Below are positions 1-11,500 of a stretch of 64,000 nt of DNA, piece after piece. Position numbers and translations under genes: made by a program. The DNA lies in contig NC_045696.1 of the NCBI RefSeq assembly GCF_009834535.1, positions 120,034,001 through 120,098,000 on the forward strand. Reading direction: 5' to 3'. The notes under the pieces are model-generated. The model was not told the origin of the DNA. It searched no databases and saw nothing but the letters and a program-made list of their open reading frames with translations. The stretch's first letter is position 1; each line of letters opens with the position of its first letter. The stretch comes from Camelus ferus. Taxonomy: Eukaryota.

Positions 1-699
1 GGTGAGTTGGGCTTATGTGACCTGCTTCCAGGGCGGAGTCCCAGAAGGGCCTGGGGGCTGTTCGGGGGCCTCCCCATTCGGTGTGACACTGTGCTCAAGA
101 TACTACTGCGTGTCCCCAGAGTCAGGATTCTGTGGTCCAGCAAGTTTGGAGCATGTAACACCTCCGCACCTAAGATTCCAGATACGAATTAGCTATTCAA
201 GGCTCTGAGAAGTCCTGCAGGGAAGAACCGTTGTCTAGAATAGGGACTTTGGTTTAGACTGGATTAGTGTCCTGGCCTCCCCATTATGACCAGGACAGGA
301 CAATAAGGTTGGGTCTCCATTTCTTCACCAGTAAAGCGGGGCCTGTGGTGGTCCCTAGTCTGGTGCATTGAGTGGTGTCCAGGATCCAGTGCAGGGATGT
401 GGGCGCTCAGGGGACGCTCCACACGTGGTGCCCGACCCCAGGGATCTCTTTCCAGGGCTATCCATTGGGGAATGGATAGTGGGGGCTGCCGTGCGCCCTT
501 TATGTCCATCAGCCCTGTCTCTGCACACTTTCTTCGCCTTCTCTGTGGAATGCTGGCTGCTGGCTCTGCCCTGAGTTCCCCCCTCAGGTGTTTTTTTCAT
601 TCAGCCAACAAATGTTTGTGTTAGGCCCAGGGTAAAAAGGAGATTGTAATTTGAGCATCTCTGATGGGAGAACTTTAGTCTGCATCATCTCCTGAGCCC

Positions 700-815
700 C
701 ATGTGGAAAGAAATGTGAAGCTCAGAGAGGTCAAGTAACTTGACCAAGGCCACACAGTGAGTCGTGAAGGTGGGACGTGAACTCGGATCTAAGCCCGCTT
801 TCTCTGCCCAGCATT
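700..815. mobile_element. MIR fragment
   Basis: MIR core gaagctcagagaggtcaagtaacttgaccaaggccacacag. Confidence 0.7.
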
Positions 816-1495
816 ACTTCTCATTGATGGGCATCCTCGCTGGGGCGCTGCAGGCTGTTTCCACAGATGAGGGAGGAAGAAAAGGGAATAGGATTGTGTG
901 TGGGGCTGAGGCGGCTTTCTAACCCCGAGAATGACGTGTCTCTGGGCCTTGGTTCTTTTGGTCCACAAAATAAGCGGGGTACAGACTCCAGAGCCCTGTG
1001 AAAGAACTGCATTCCTTCATGGCAAATAGTGATGTCGGTGGGCTGAGCGTGTCTTGTATGAGATCATGAGTCACCTGGGAGGTGACGAAGGCCCCAGCAG
1101 ACACGTCACACAGGGCTGTCCGGGCCTGCGGGTCTGCCTGTGGAAGGAGCTGGCCCCAGGTCTGGCCTCCTTTGTTCGTGATGCGTGGCACAGGCCAGCC
1201 CTCTTCCCGGGCACGTGGGGGCCTGTTTTGGGGACTGGGGTAGAGAGAAGCCCTGACCTGTGGCTGAATTCACCTTCCACCACCAGGCAGTGTCTGGTGA
1301 CAGTGACTTCTAGGGGGATGCTGTGGAGTGATGGTGAGGACATGAGCATCCCTGGGACCCAGTGGGGGGCCAGGTGCCTCCTGCTGGGCGTCCACGGTGG
1401 CGGGATCCTGCGGTGGCCAGGTCCCATGGGGCCCCGACCAGAGGCGCTGGGGGCCGTGGGTCAGGGCCCGGGTGACAGCTGTTCTCTCATCACAG

Positions 1496-1756
1496 TGGCC
1501 TCCGAGGCATTCGAGGATGACAACTGCAGCACCTTTGTGTCTGAAGACGACTCGGAAACCCAGTCCCTGTCCAGCTTCAGCTCGGGCCCCACCAGCCCGT
1601 TGGAGATGCCTGAGCGCTTCCCCGCGGCCGTCAGGCCCGGCAGCCTGGACCTGCCCAGCCCCGTGTCGCTGTCGGAGTTCGGGGCACTGTTCCCTGTGCT
1701 GGGCCCTCGCAGCGAATGCAGCGGGGCCTCCTCCCCCGAGTGCGAGGTAGAGCGAG
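1496..1756 (+). CDS. SH3BP5: SH3BP5 (Sab) penultimate coding exon, including JNK-docking motif KIM1 (RPGSLDL)
   Basis: Translates (V)ASEAFEDDNCSTFVSEDDSETQSLSSFSSGPTSPLEMPERFPAAVRPGSLDLPSPVSLSEFG...ECEVER, matching recalled human SH3BP5. Acceptor cacag at 1491-1495, donor gtgagc at 1757. G|gtgagt at positions 1-7 is the phase-compatible upstream donor. Confidence 0.96.
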
Positions 1757-2147
1757 GTGAGCAGTGGTGCCCATCCCGTCCCATCTCAGGAGCTGTGCCC
1801 AGGGCCCCCGCAGCCGGCTCCCTGTGCCCCTGGACCTCGGATGGGTCCCTGTGCACATGCCGTCGGTGTGGGGCACACGTGGCTCCCGCCTCCACTCCTG
1901 ATCGGTCTCCTTAAAGGACAGCCCGGGTTCTGTCTCCCGTGAGACAGGGAGGGCTGTTTCCTGCTGCCAGCCAGGTGTCACACCTCTCTCTGAAGATGAG
2001 GGATGGAGACAGCCCTCGAGGAACAGGCAGCAGGCAGCCCCATGACAGGACCCTCTGGGCCAGGCTGGGCGGGGCGGCACCGGGAGAGCCCGGAGGGTGA
2101 GCCGGCTGACGGGTCGGGGACTCACTGGTGGTCTTTACATTTCCCAG

Positions 2148-2362
2148 GAGACAGGGCAGAAGGGGCAGAGAACAAAACGAGTGACAAAGCCAATCACCAG
2201 CACCGGGGCCTCAGCAGCAGCAGCGGGGACGGCGGCAAGGGTCCCAGCGGCCCTGCGGCAGAGGGCCAGGCCCTGGAGGCCCGGATGCGGCGGCTGTCCC
2301 TCCAGCGCTCCACGGCCGGGGACGCGGGCTTCGCCGACGCCAAGGCGGTGCAGGTTGGCTGA
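2148..2362 (+). CDS. SH3BP5: SH3BP5 last coding exon (GDRAEGAENKTSDKAN...QVG*)
   Basis: Acceptor ttcccag at 2141-2147, in phase with the previous exon. TGA at 2360-2362. C-terminus resembles human ...MKQLSLQ...MVQIG. Confidence 0.96.
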
Positions 2363-3549
2363 CCCGTGCGGGGCTCGGGCCCCAGCGCGCACACGCCGGT
2401 ATTTATACACGAAACTGTACGGAGAACGTCGTGCCAATAATCCTTGAATATATGCCAAATCTTAAGCGTTTCCTCTAAACTGCACTAGTGAAGTTTCGGT
2501 GACCTTGAGGGCTGAAGAGGTCTCTTCTGGGGCAGGGCTCTGGGCTGGTGAGTTTTTCACCGCAGAGTTGTCGTGGCAGGTGGGCTGGGACGTTACCTGT
2601 CAGGGTCGCGGAAGCAATAACTGGTTCCCGGGAAGGGCCTTGAGCCAGGAGAGGGGTCGGGGAGCTCAGCCCCCCGGGGTCAACGGCTCCCTCTCCCCGC
2701 CTCCCCCTGCATCGTTCGGGAAAATGGACTTGCTCACTCCTTTCCATCCCAGGGGATCTGGAGGAAAACAGGAACCTAAGACAAAACTCAGATATTCAGA
2801 ACTACATCTTTTTGACCCAGCGAAGGCTTAAAAGAGATCCAAGAACACAATTCACATTCATTACCTCTGGTTTTCAGAGGGGGCTTTTAACAAAAGTGTG
2901 TTTGCTGGGACATGAATTAAAATCCTGTTCTAGAAAAGGTTACTGTGAGCTGCACTTTTGGGGGGGCGGGTGAATTCCAGGGGCAGCGGGGGCCTGTGGC
3001 AGAAGGGGACTTGCGGCTGTGGGAGCGAAGGTGCCGCCGCGCCAGCTCATCTGACCAGCCAAGGGGACTGACCGACTCGGACGTGCACGTGCGCCAGGGT
3101 CGCCGCTCTTGTCTAGACTGACCAGGTGTTGACTTCTCTGTAGGCTGTAACTTTAAAAATAAAACTTTATTTAAGGGTTGTGCTGCACTAGCATTTCTTA
3201 GAGGAAATGGTTCCTGCAAGCTAGGAGAGGGGTAGGCATGCGTCGGCAAAGGCTGTTCTGTAGAAGCAATGGCGTCTGTTATGCTAATGGTGTCAGTGTT
3301 ATAAGACTGCGTTCTCGTTTTCACGGTTACACATATTTAGGGCGCTGTATTTTATTTGTCCTTTTTTTGTTAAGAAAACTTAGTATCCCGAGAAGAAAAA
3401 ACAAAACCACCCATCCAAGCTGCCCGCTGTCAGCTCACACGCGTGTCATTTGTAATCTCTTCATCCTGTCGTGCTTTCTCCTTTTTTAATGACTGATCCG
3501 GTCTCCTAATTACAAGGTTATTTTGTACTTGTCTTAATACCTCGAGTGT

Positions 3550-3555
3550 AATAAA
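3550..3555 (+). terminator. SH3BP5: Probable SH3BP5 polyadenylation signal AATAAA (alternatives at 3158-3163 and 4109-4114)
   Basis: Canonical hexamer ~1.2 kb after the stop, following U-rich sequence. The sequence alone cannot show which site is used. Confidence 0.55.
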
Positions 3556-4403
3556 AATGACTTGAGAAAATGTCTACTTCACTCCGTGACTTCGGATGAT
3601 GTCCTGATGCTGCCCAAGTCTTCTGTCCTAGGCGGCCTTCTGACCCCGAGGGACAGCGGGACGCGGTGCTCTGGGTTCTCACTGCCCTCAAGGGCCCGGG
3701 TCCCAAGGAGCTCACCCTGACCCCCGAGGCCTGAGCCAGGAGGCCCCCAGCGGGTGCTGTGGACACACGGCAGGGAGCAGAGCCGAGGCTGTGATGTCAG
3801 AGCCGTGGGTCTCCTTCCGGGGCACCCGGGAGTCTCAGTAAGTGACTCGGGGACCCTTGGGCCCTGGACTCTGAATTGCTCCCCAGTTGATCCTCTTCTC
3901 TTTCCACATGGGTCCAGGCAGAATGGCCCTTGCGCTTGCCTGGCCATCTCGAGCTCTGCTCACAGCTGTGCCGCACACAGAACGCAGCAGTGCGGCACAG
4001 CACGCTGTGCACACAGGCCTCCGCCCCGGGCTTTGGAGGGCAGGGATCATGTCTTATTTTACATCATGTACTAGATCTTCAACACAAAAGGTTCAATTGT
4101 ATGTTTGTAATAAATGTATCTCTTATATTCTTCCGATTTTTTTCTTTAAAGAGTCATAGGAAATTAAATTAATCCACCTAAAATATGCTAAAAGTGAAAG
4201 CACGAAATATTTACCAAAGTGAAATTTCATCTGTAGAACCATCTACCGCCATCCTGAATGTGAAGGAACAGACTTTTTTTTTTTTTTTGTAAAAGCAAAT
4301 TTTAGTGCAAATAATGAGTTCTCTTTCAGGTGGAACATACCACATGAAGTCCTTTAAACAATTTCTCTAGGTTAAACTATGCAGTTTCCATAAGTATAAA
4401 CAT

Positions 4404-4409
4404 TTTATT
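4404..4409 (-). terminator. CAPN7: Probable CAPN7 polyadenylation signal (AATAAA on - strand)
   Basis: TTTATT on the + strand ~970 nt downstream of the CAPN7 stop, in AU-rich 3'UTR-like sequence. Confidence 0.6.
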
Positions 4410-5374
4410 TCAATTAAAGATAATAGAAATACAAAATAAGAAGTTTTTGTAATTAGAGATGAAAAATTCCACAGTAATTTTTAGATCTTTAAAATCTTGA
4501 ACATCATTCTACTCCAATGGATTTTTATGTAAACAATGGGGAATTTACACAAGACAGTAGTATCTTAGCAGTTTTTCAAATGCAGCCCAAATACCACGTA
4601 TGAAATTCTCAACTGCACCTTCTTTAGAGTGCCGTTCCCACCAGAGCAGAGCTACAGCGCAATGGAACAATACAAGCCAAACTGTGATGTGTCAGACTGC
4701 TGCTGTCATCGGTCCTCTTTACGTGAGTCGGTAGGAGGCAGGGCTCTAACGCCAATGACCTTTACTCTTAAGCATGAGCATCTTAGTGCTAATCAGTATT
4801 AAAGCTTTAATCCTCTCATAACCTCTGGGCAACAATAAACACAGAAAGTCATAAATAACGCAGAAGTAAAATCATACGGGAAAGTAATTCATTTGGTAAT
4901 GAGTTGCCCAAGACGCACGGGGGGTCACGACACAAGCGGGTTTAACGTACAGCATGCTCTCTGCCAAAGACAAACAGAATGTAAGCACTTCGGGGTGTCC
5001 CCAGCCCCGTGCCACCCCAGGAGCCTACGTCCCTCACTTCCTCCCCTGGTCTCAGCTCCCTCTTCTCAGGGGCGCCCCCACCCCCCAGCGCTGGCTGAGC
5101 CTCCTCTCCTCACCTACTCCCGGCTACACTTGGGCCCTAAGTGCAGGCTCACTCCACGTGCGCACAAAACCACGTCAATGGTACTTCTGAGTGACGCAGG
5201 CTGACTATATACAGTTCTCACTGAACACCCCGACTTCAGCACCAGGTTGCACAGTCATGGTTTCAGAGATTAAACTCTGTTCTGTTGTATTCAGTGTCCT
5301 GGAGATTCGTGTCCTCATCTGAAGAGCGGATGTTGCTTTAAGTACCGAATCCAGAAATTGCTGAGCTTTCTCCA

Positions 5375-5519
5375 TCACTGAAGCTGTGTTGTCCTGACGG
5401 GGGCAATACTGTTAAAGTCCAAGAAAAATGGTCCTTCTTGTTTAGGCAGAAAAGTACTGGGGATGATATTGTAGATCCCAGCAGGTATCGTTTCCAGTTC
5501 CAGGTAGCAAAACCCACAC
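5375..5519 (-). CDS. CAPN7: CAPN7 exon 21 (CGFCYLELE...TTQLQ*)
   Basis: Acceptor gaacgtag; TGA at 5377-5375. Confidence 0.95.
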
Positions 5520-8500
5520 CTACGTTCAGGGAAAATGAGAGCGAGGTTTACAGCAGCCGCCGCCGCCACGAACACTAAAGGATAAAGCAGACGATCCGAA
5601 CGCCAGCCTTACCTGTAGTCACCGCTGGATTTCCTCTGGAAGCCGTGGGGCCCAGGGTCTCCCGCCACAGAAACCGCTACGACTTCAAACCCAACGCTGT
5701 ACTGCCTGGCAGAGGGAGAGCGGGGTCACTGCTGCTGCTTCTCAAACTGCATTTCACACCAAATACCAAATATAGTTCATGTGGATTTAAAAAATAAGGT
5801 AAAAAATAAAACTATAAAGGTACTAGAAGAAACTGGCGAAAATGTATTTGACACTAGGGTGAGAGTTCCTGCCCCCAGCAAAATAAAGCAGAACAGACAG
5901 ACCTGATTGCTTTAAAATGAAAAAACTTTTTTTTTTCTCTGTGAGACAAAAATCTAGGAAAAGTACCTGCAAATATGTGAAGGCGTTAATACCCTTACAT
6001 TCATACCCTTACTCACGCTTACAATTAAGAAAAAATGACAACTTTGACAGAAAAAATGGGCAAAAAGATAAATACATGAGCAAAGGAAAAAATCCACACT
6101 GTCAACAGTTTCACCTGGTCAATCTACCTAGAAATTACATACAGAAGGGCAATCAGGTACCGTATTTCACCTATCAAAGTGGCAAAGGGTTTTAAAAACA
6201 GCTCAGTCTTATTGAAAGGATTATCAGTTTCTTTTAAGCCTAGTTTTATCTGGAAGCTAGTAGTATTTTTACCTCTATTCTCTGTATTTTTGAAACCTTT
6301 TAAAATTGTGAAATAGAACACAATGTACATCAAGCAACTACGTGGCTTAACAAGTAACCTGTGAAGAGAACACACAGCTGGGTCACCCACCCTGGTCAGC
6401 ACCACCCCGTCCTTCGTGCCCCGCGGCCCCGGAGCTGAGCCGTCGGGCGACCGCTGTCCTGCACCGAGGCATGCACCCCCAGGCACCTTGTCTTGGCCTC
6501 GCACAGGTGGAGTCACACAGCGTGCATTCTGCTGGCCCCCGAGACCCACCCACCATGCTGCGCGGAGCTCTAATTTTCCACTGTTACATGGACTCTGTTG
6601 GCTGACTTTTATAATCTTAATACCACTCATGAAACTTTGGGTTGTTTCAAATTGTTGGTCAGCTTACTGACCATTCGGATTCTCTCATGATACACCTGTT
6701 CAAGGTTTTGTTTTATTTTTTAAAAGCAGTGGGGAGGGCAGAGCTCAGCGGTAGAGCACATGCTTAGCAATGCACGAGGTCATGAGTTCAATCTCCAGTC
6801 CCTCCATTAAATAAAAAATAAGTAAATCTAATCATCTCTCCTTCCCCTCAAAAAAACAAAAACAAAAACAAAAACAAAACTGCAGACTTTCTTCTTACTA
6901 ATGTAGGACATCTACAAATCTTTTTGTGTGCTCTGTGTCTTCAGAAATCTTTCCTTACTCTGGTTATTACTCCTGTATTGTAACCTCCTGGGACTGACTT
7001 TTAGATTTGAAGTGGCCCCTAATATTAATTATTCCAGCAGCATTTACTGAACAGTGTCCTGCCCCCCTCCCCTGCAATACCAAATCTTTATGAGAGATCA
7101 AGTGTCCACATGCGTGTATGTCTGTTTCAAAACCTGGCCCTGTTCCATGAGAAGCTCATTCTAATATAACATTCTTCATGTAAGGAAGTTACTTGTCACA
7201 AACCTCGGTCCTCTCAGCTCAATCAGTAATGGCCCAGGCTTTTCTATGTGGAACTGGTAAATGGGGTTATTTCTGTGAGTCTCTTGAAAATTGCCACATC
7301 CTCCAGCCGTCTGACCGCTCCACTTCCCATTGATCTAATAAAACAAAGGTTCTGTGTTAACAAAGCTTCACATTCTCCAATTCTACTTTGAAGACAAAAT
7401 CTGCACCCTGAAATAAAATTTTTTAAAAAGCAGCGCTCCACTCTGGCCGCACCCCCTCCCCCGACGGCGGCCGGGCCTCTCCCTCCCCGTGGGAGCCAGG
7501 CCACCATCGAGTTCTCCCTGCCGGGGGTTCGCCCTCCAGCCCCCTCCACACACCGAGCCCACCCTGCAGTCAGTCTGAGATCCTCCTGATGAGATCCACC
7601 CCCGGCCTTCCCCACCGGCCACGGCAGCACCGAGTGCTGCCCACTGAAGGGCTCGTATCCGGCCCAGCCTGGAGACTCCCCACACTTCCCTGGTACTCCT
7701 GCCCAGCCTCAGATGCCTTTATCTTATAAGAAAGTGTTAAATGTGGCGGGGAGGCTGGGAAGAGGAGAAAAAGTGAATGGAGTGCTGAGATTTCAATGAG
7801 ACTATGACCCAGAGAAAACTTCTCTCACCTGTTTTGATACGGTGTATGGTGAGGGAATCTTTGAAAAGGTAAAGCTGCATGCTGAGTACACCTAGAATAA
7901 AAAAAAAATTATTACAGTGATAAAGTTTATCTTATAAAAACACGGACGTGATGAGAGAATGTTCTGGAAGACTACAAAATCAGCTGGCACAGAGGAGGGT
8001 CATGGTTCTGCCGGCAGCCTGGCTCCTGTCCTGGCTTCTTTGACGCCAACCGTGTGACTCGGGACAAGTCACACCCTCTCCAGGCCTTGGCTTCTGCTCT
8101 GAAGAACGAAGGCTGAAAGCAGCTCCCCCGTGCCCTTTTCATCACTAAAATCTCTTCAACCTGAGCTGCTGTAACTGACGCAGGGTGAACAAATCTAGGC
8201 AGAGCAGAATTACGAGGACCAGCCCAGCTTCACGGGAGCAGTGTGTTTCCAGGCAGTCGAGTTCCTTCCACTAGGTTCCAAGTCCTCATTTCACAGACAA
8301 AGGAGGTTGCACCACTTGCTCTGTGCCTTCTAGTCCAACATACATCCCCTTAGGACCAAGCTCTCAAGACTACTACGTTCATCTGGAATGTCATTCAGAG
8401 AAACATCGTTTTCTGTAGGAAGCGTCCCCATCATTTACAACTGAACTGTTACACAGCAACAGACAGGGATCCGGTTCAGAAACAACCAGAGGCAGCCCCG

Positions 8501-11500
8501 CTGACAGAGCAGAGCCCGCCTGGGACCGCACGGCCCCGCCTGGCGCGCCAGGCGGCTTACTCACCCGGACTGTGTAATGCAGGGTGTTCTGTTTTTCATA
8601 CTGAGAAACCACCAATGTAAAGGTATGGGTCCCGGGTGTGGTTAGCTTTATCTTAGTCAAATAGTGAGGGCTGTTAATTCGAATCCCATCAATGTACGGA
8701 GGTGGGTCAGCTGCAAATAAACAAACAGGGTTACAGAAGAAGACGGGACTTGATTTCTTCAGTTTTTAAGTTTTATGGTTGATGGCAGGAAAAGAAAATG
8801 GATGGACATCCCCTTAATTCTACCTTTAAAATATAATGGCACTAAACAATTACAATTTCAATGAAAAGCTTTACAAGTTAAATAACTTAAAGCTTTAAAC
8901 AGTAACCACTAAGCAGGACGCAGTCTGCCGGGATGCTCTCAGTGAGCCGCGTTAATCCCTGCCCTTTGCCCTGCACTGTGGTCTCTCTAGCAGAGGATTT
9001 TAAAGTCAGGATTAGCTTCTTTTTTGATTTTGAGGAAAATTTTTAAAAAGATACAAAGAAGTATATAAACACGTATCTATATTCCCCACCACTGAGAATT
9101 AAATGAACAGTTTTTGGTCACACCCGCTTCTTTATAACCAGCACCCCTGCATCTGACTCCACTCCGCTCGGATGGAGCTGATGGGCATCGTTTCCTACTT
9201 TCACACCCACCTCCCTAAAAATAATGATACATGTGACTTCTGTGTATCTGAGAAAACCGACAGTACGTGTCCTGTTTTATAGCTTTCATTTCCCACCATG
9301 TTTTTGAGATCCCTGTTGATCTACCTGGTACGGTTTATTCCTTTTAAAACCGCATGCACGCCTGCGTGGGCTGTGGTAGGAACACGGCACGTTTTATCTC
9401 TGCTCCCCGACCCAGTTATCCGGGCCACGTGCATATGCAGGTTAAATATTCTCCTATTACAAACAAAGCTGCCTGATACATTCTGACAGCCTGACGAATC
9501 AAGGCTGATACAATAAAATCCCTTCACGCATCTCAATTATGTATCATTTAAGATGAACGCTGCGAACACTTAATATTTATAATGTAATTTGTAGAAAAAC
9601 TTAACACTGTAGTATCTCAAACAGGCAGTAAGTCTCGCATGCTTAGAGGTGGTGTGATCCAGTGTGAAGAGGGAAAAAACGGGCGCGTCTGGGACCCGTA
9701 ACAGGTCTGACCTACGCTGGGCTTACTCCCCTGTCAGACGGGGAACAGGCAGCCCTGCCTGACCACAGGGTGACGTGATGACAGTGAAACTATAGACCAG
9801 AAAGTACCCTGAAATGGCAAGTCACTATGTGTACAAGAGGGAGCACTGTATTTAAAAAGTAAAAAAATCCAAGTAAAAAGAGTAACAAGTTGTCTGAAAT
9901 TCAAAACATATGTAACGTGTCAGGACTGCCAGGAATACACTCCCAGCGCTGGTGCTTTTCTGGCCGTATAATGACCAACGTGAAAAATGGAAAATGTGGC
10001 CAGGTTCGCCTGGTGTTTCCTACTGGACCTACTGTGTGCCGGCCCACCTCAGACAATCTAGGTGGCTTGCCTGGCAGGAGTGAATGGCGGCCCACCTCGG
10101 GGCGGGCTGGGGGAGACGGCGGAGCTTTCTTGGGACTGAGCCCACCTCCCACCACTGCCCACCTCCCTGCACACCTTCCCCAGCAACTGCTGCCACCTCA
10201 CAGCCCTTCCTGAAGACACTCTGACTGGGCGCCAGCCCACCTCTCTTTTCAAGGTCCTCGTCAAGGTCAACAGCCTCATCTCCAACCTAATCTCGCTGGA
10301 CCTCGGAAACAGCAACAGGTGGCCGTGGCCACGCTCTTCCCCCCGTTACGTGAGGCCTTCCTCGACTTCACCAGGTACTGGTCACACTCTTCGGCGCTAC
10401 CTTCTCTGCTTACCCTTAAAATGCGAGAGTCCGAGAGCCCGGTCCTGGCTGTCCTGAGCCCGTAGCCCCTCCACATGGGACTCCCGCAGTCCTCTCGTCC
10501 CTCGCCTCCTCCACCTGCCTCAACCTCACCCCAGGACCCCGCTCCTCTCCGCTCCTTCACCTGGAAAGCTAACAGGGTCTCAGATTTAGCACAGCCGAAA
10601 ACTAACTTGTGACTTTACTGCACAGCGCACCTGCTCCCAGCAACACGCACTCACCTCAATGAAGGCCGCACACGCCCTCTAGTGCTCAAGCCAGAAAACC
10701 AGGGGTACCTCTCAGCCCCCGCTGCCCCAGGTCACCTCAGCAAGTCCTGACCTCCCGACCAAAGCCCCAGTCTGCTGGCTCTTCTTCTCCACCTCCACCC
10801 TCCATGTCCCATGTGAGTAAAACCCCCTCACTGGTCCCCCCGCCTCCTCCACTTCTGTCCCCTCCAACATATTCTACAAAGAATTTTCTTAAAAAAGCAC
10901 CAGGCCCCGTCCCTCTCCTGACCTAGGCCCTCCGGCAGCCTTCCACCGCACTCAGAGCAAGACCCAGCCCCTCCCTGTGGCTTCTGGGCCCTGTGACCTA
11001 AGCCGGCCCTCCTTCCCTCTGCTCTGACCCACAACTCCCCGGCGCGCCGGCCTCCTTCCCGGCCCAGGAAGCTCCGCCGTCTTCTCCCTTCAGGGTCCCT
11101 GCACTAGGAGCACGTGCAGTTCTTTGTGTGACTGACTCGTCTTTGTCACTGAGTCCCTTGTATCCCTTCTCAAAAAGGCCTTCCACGGCCACCCCACAAC
11201 GTCACCCATAGGTCACTAACACGTGACCCTACTTACTTCTTTACACACACATATCACTATCTGGGTTATTTTTGCTCATCTGTCTCCTGGACTAGAACAT
11301 AAACTTAACAGTTCCTATCATGTCATAATGAGAGAAAAGTTTTCTTACTGTGAAAGCAAAATGGTTTCAAACACAGTATGTTAAGCGCCCAAGGAGACCT
11401 GCAGAGGGAAGATTCCCTTTGCCTGGCAGAGATGGTCACAGAGGGAGTAACATAAGCTGGACCTTAATCACGCTCACTACACAGAACAGGGCAGAAGGCG

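Noticed and set aside
1054..1914. 286-aa + strand ORF as a standalone gene
   Set aside because: It is the SH3BP5 exon 1496-1756 extended by open GC-rich intron sequence; splice sites define the real exon.
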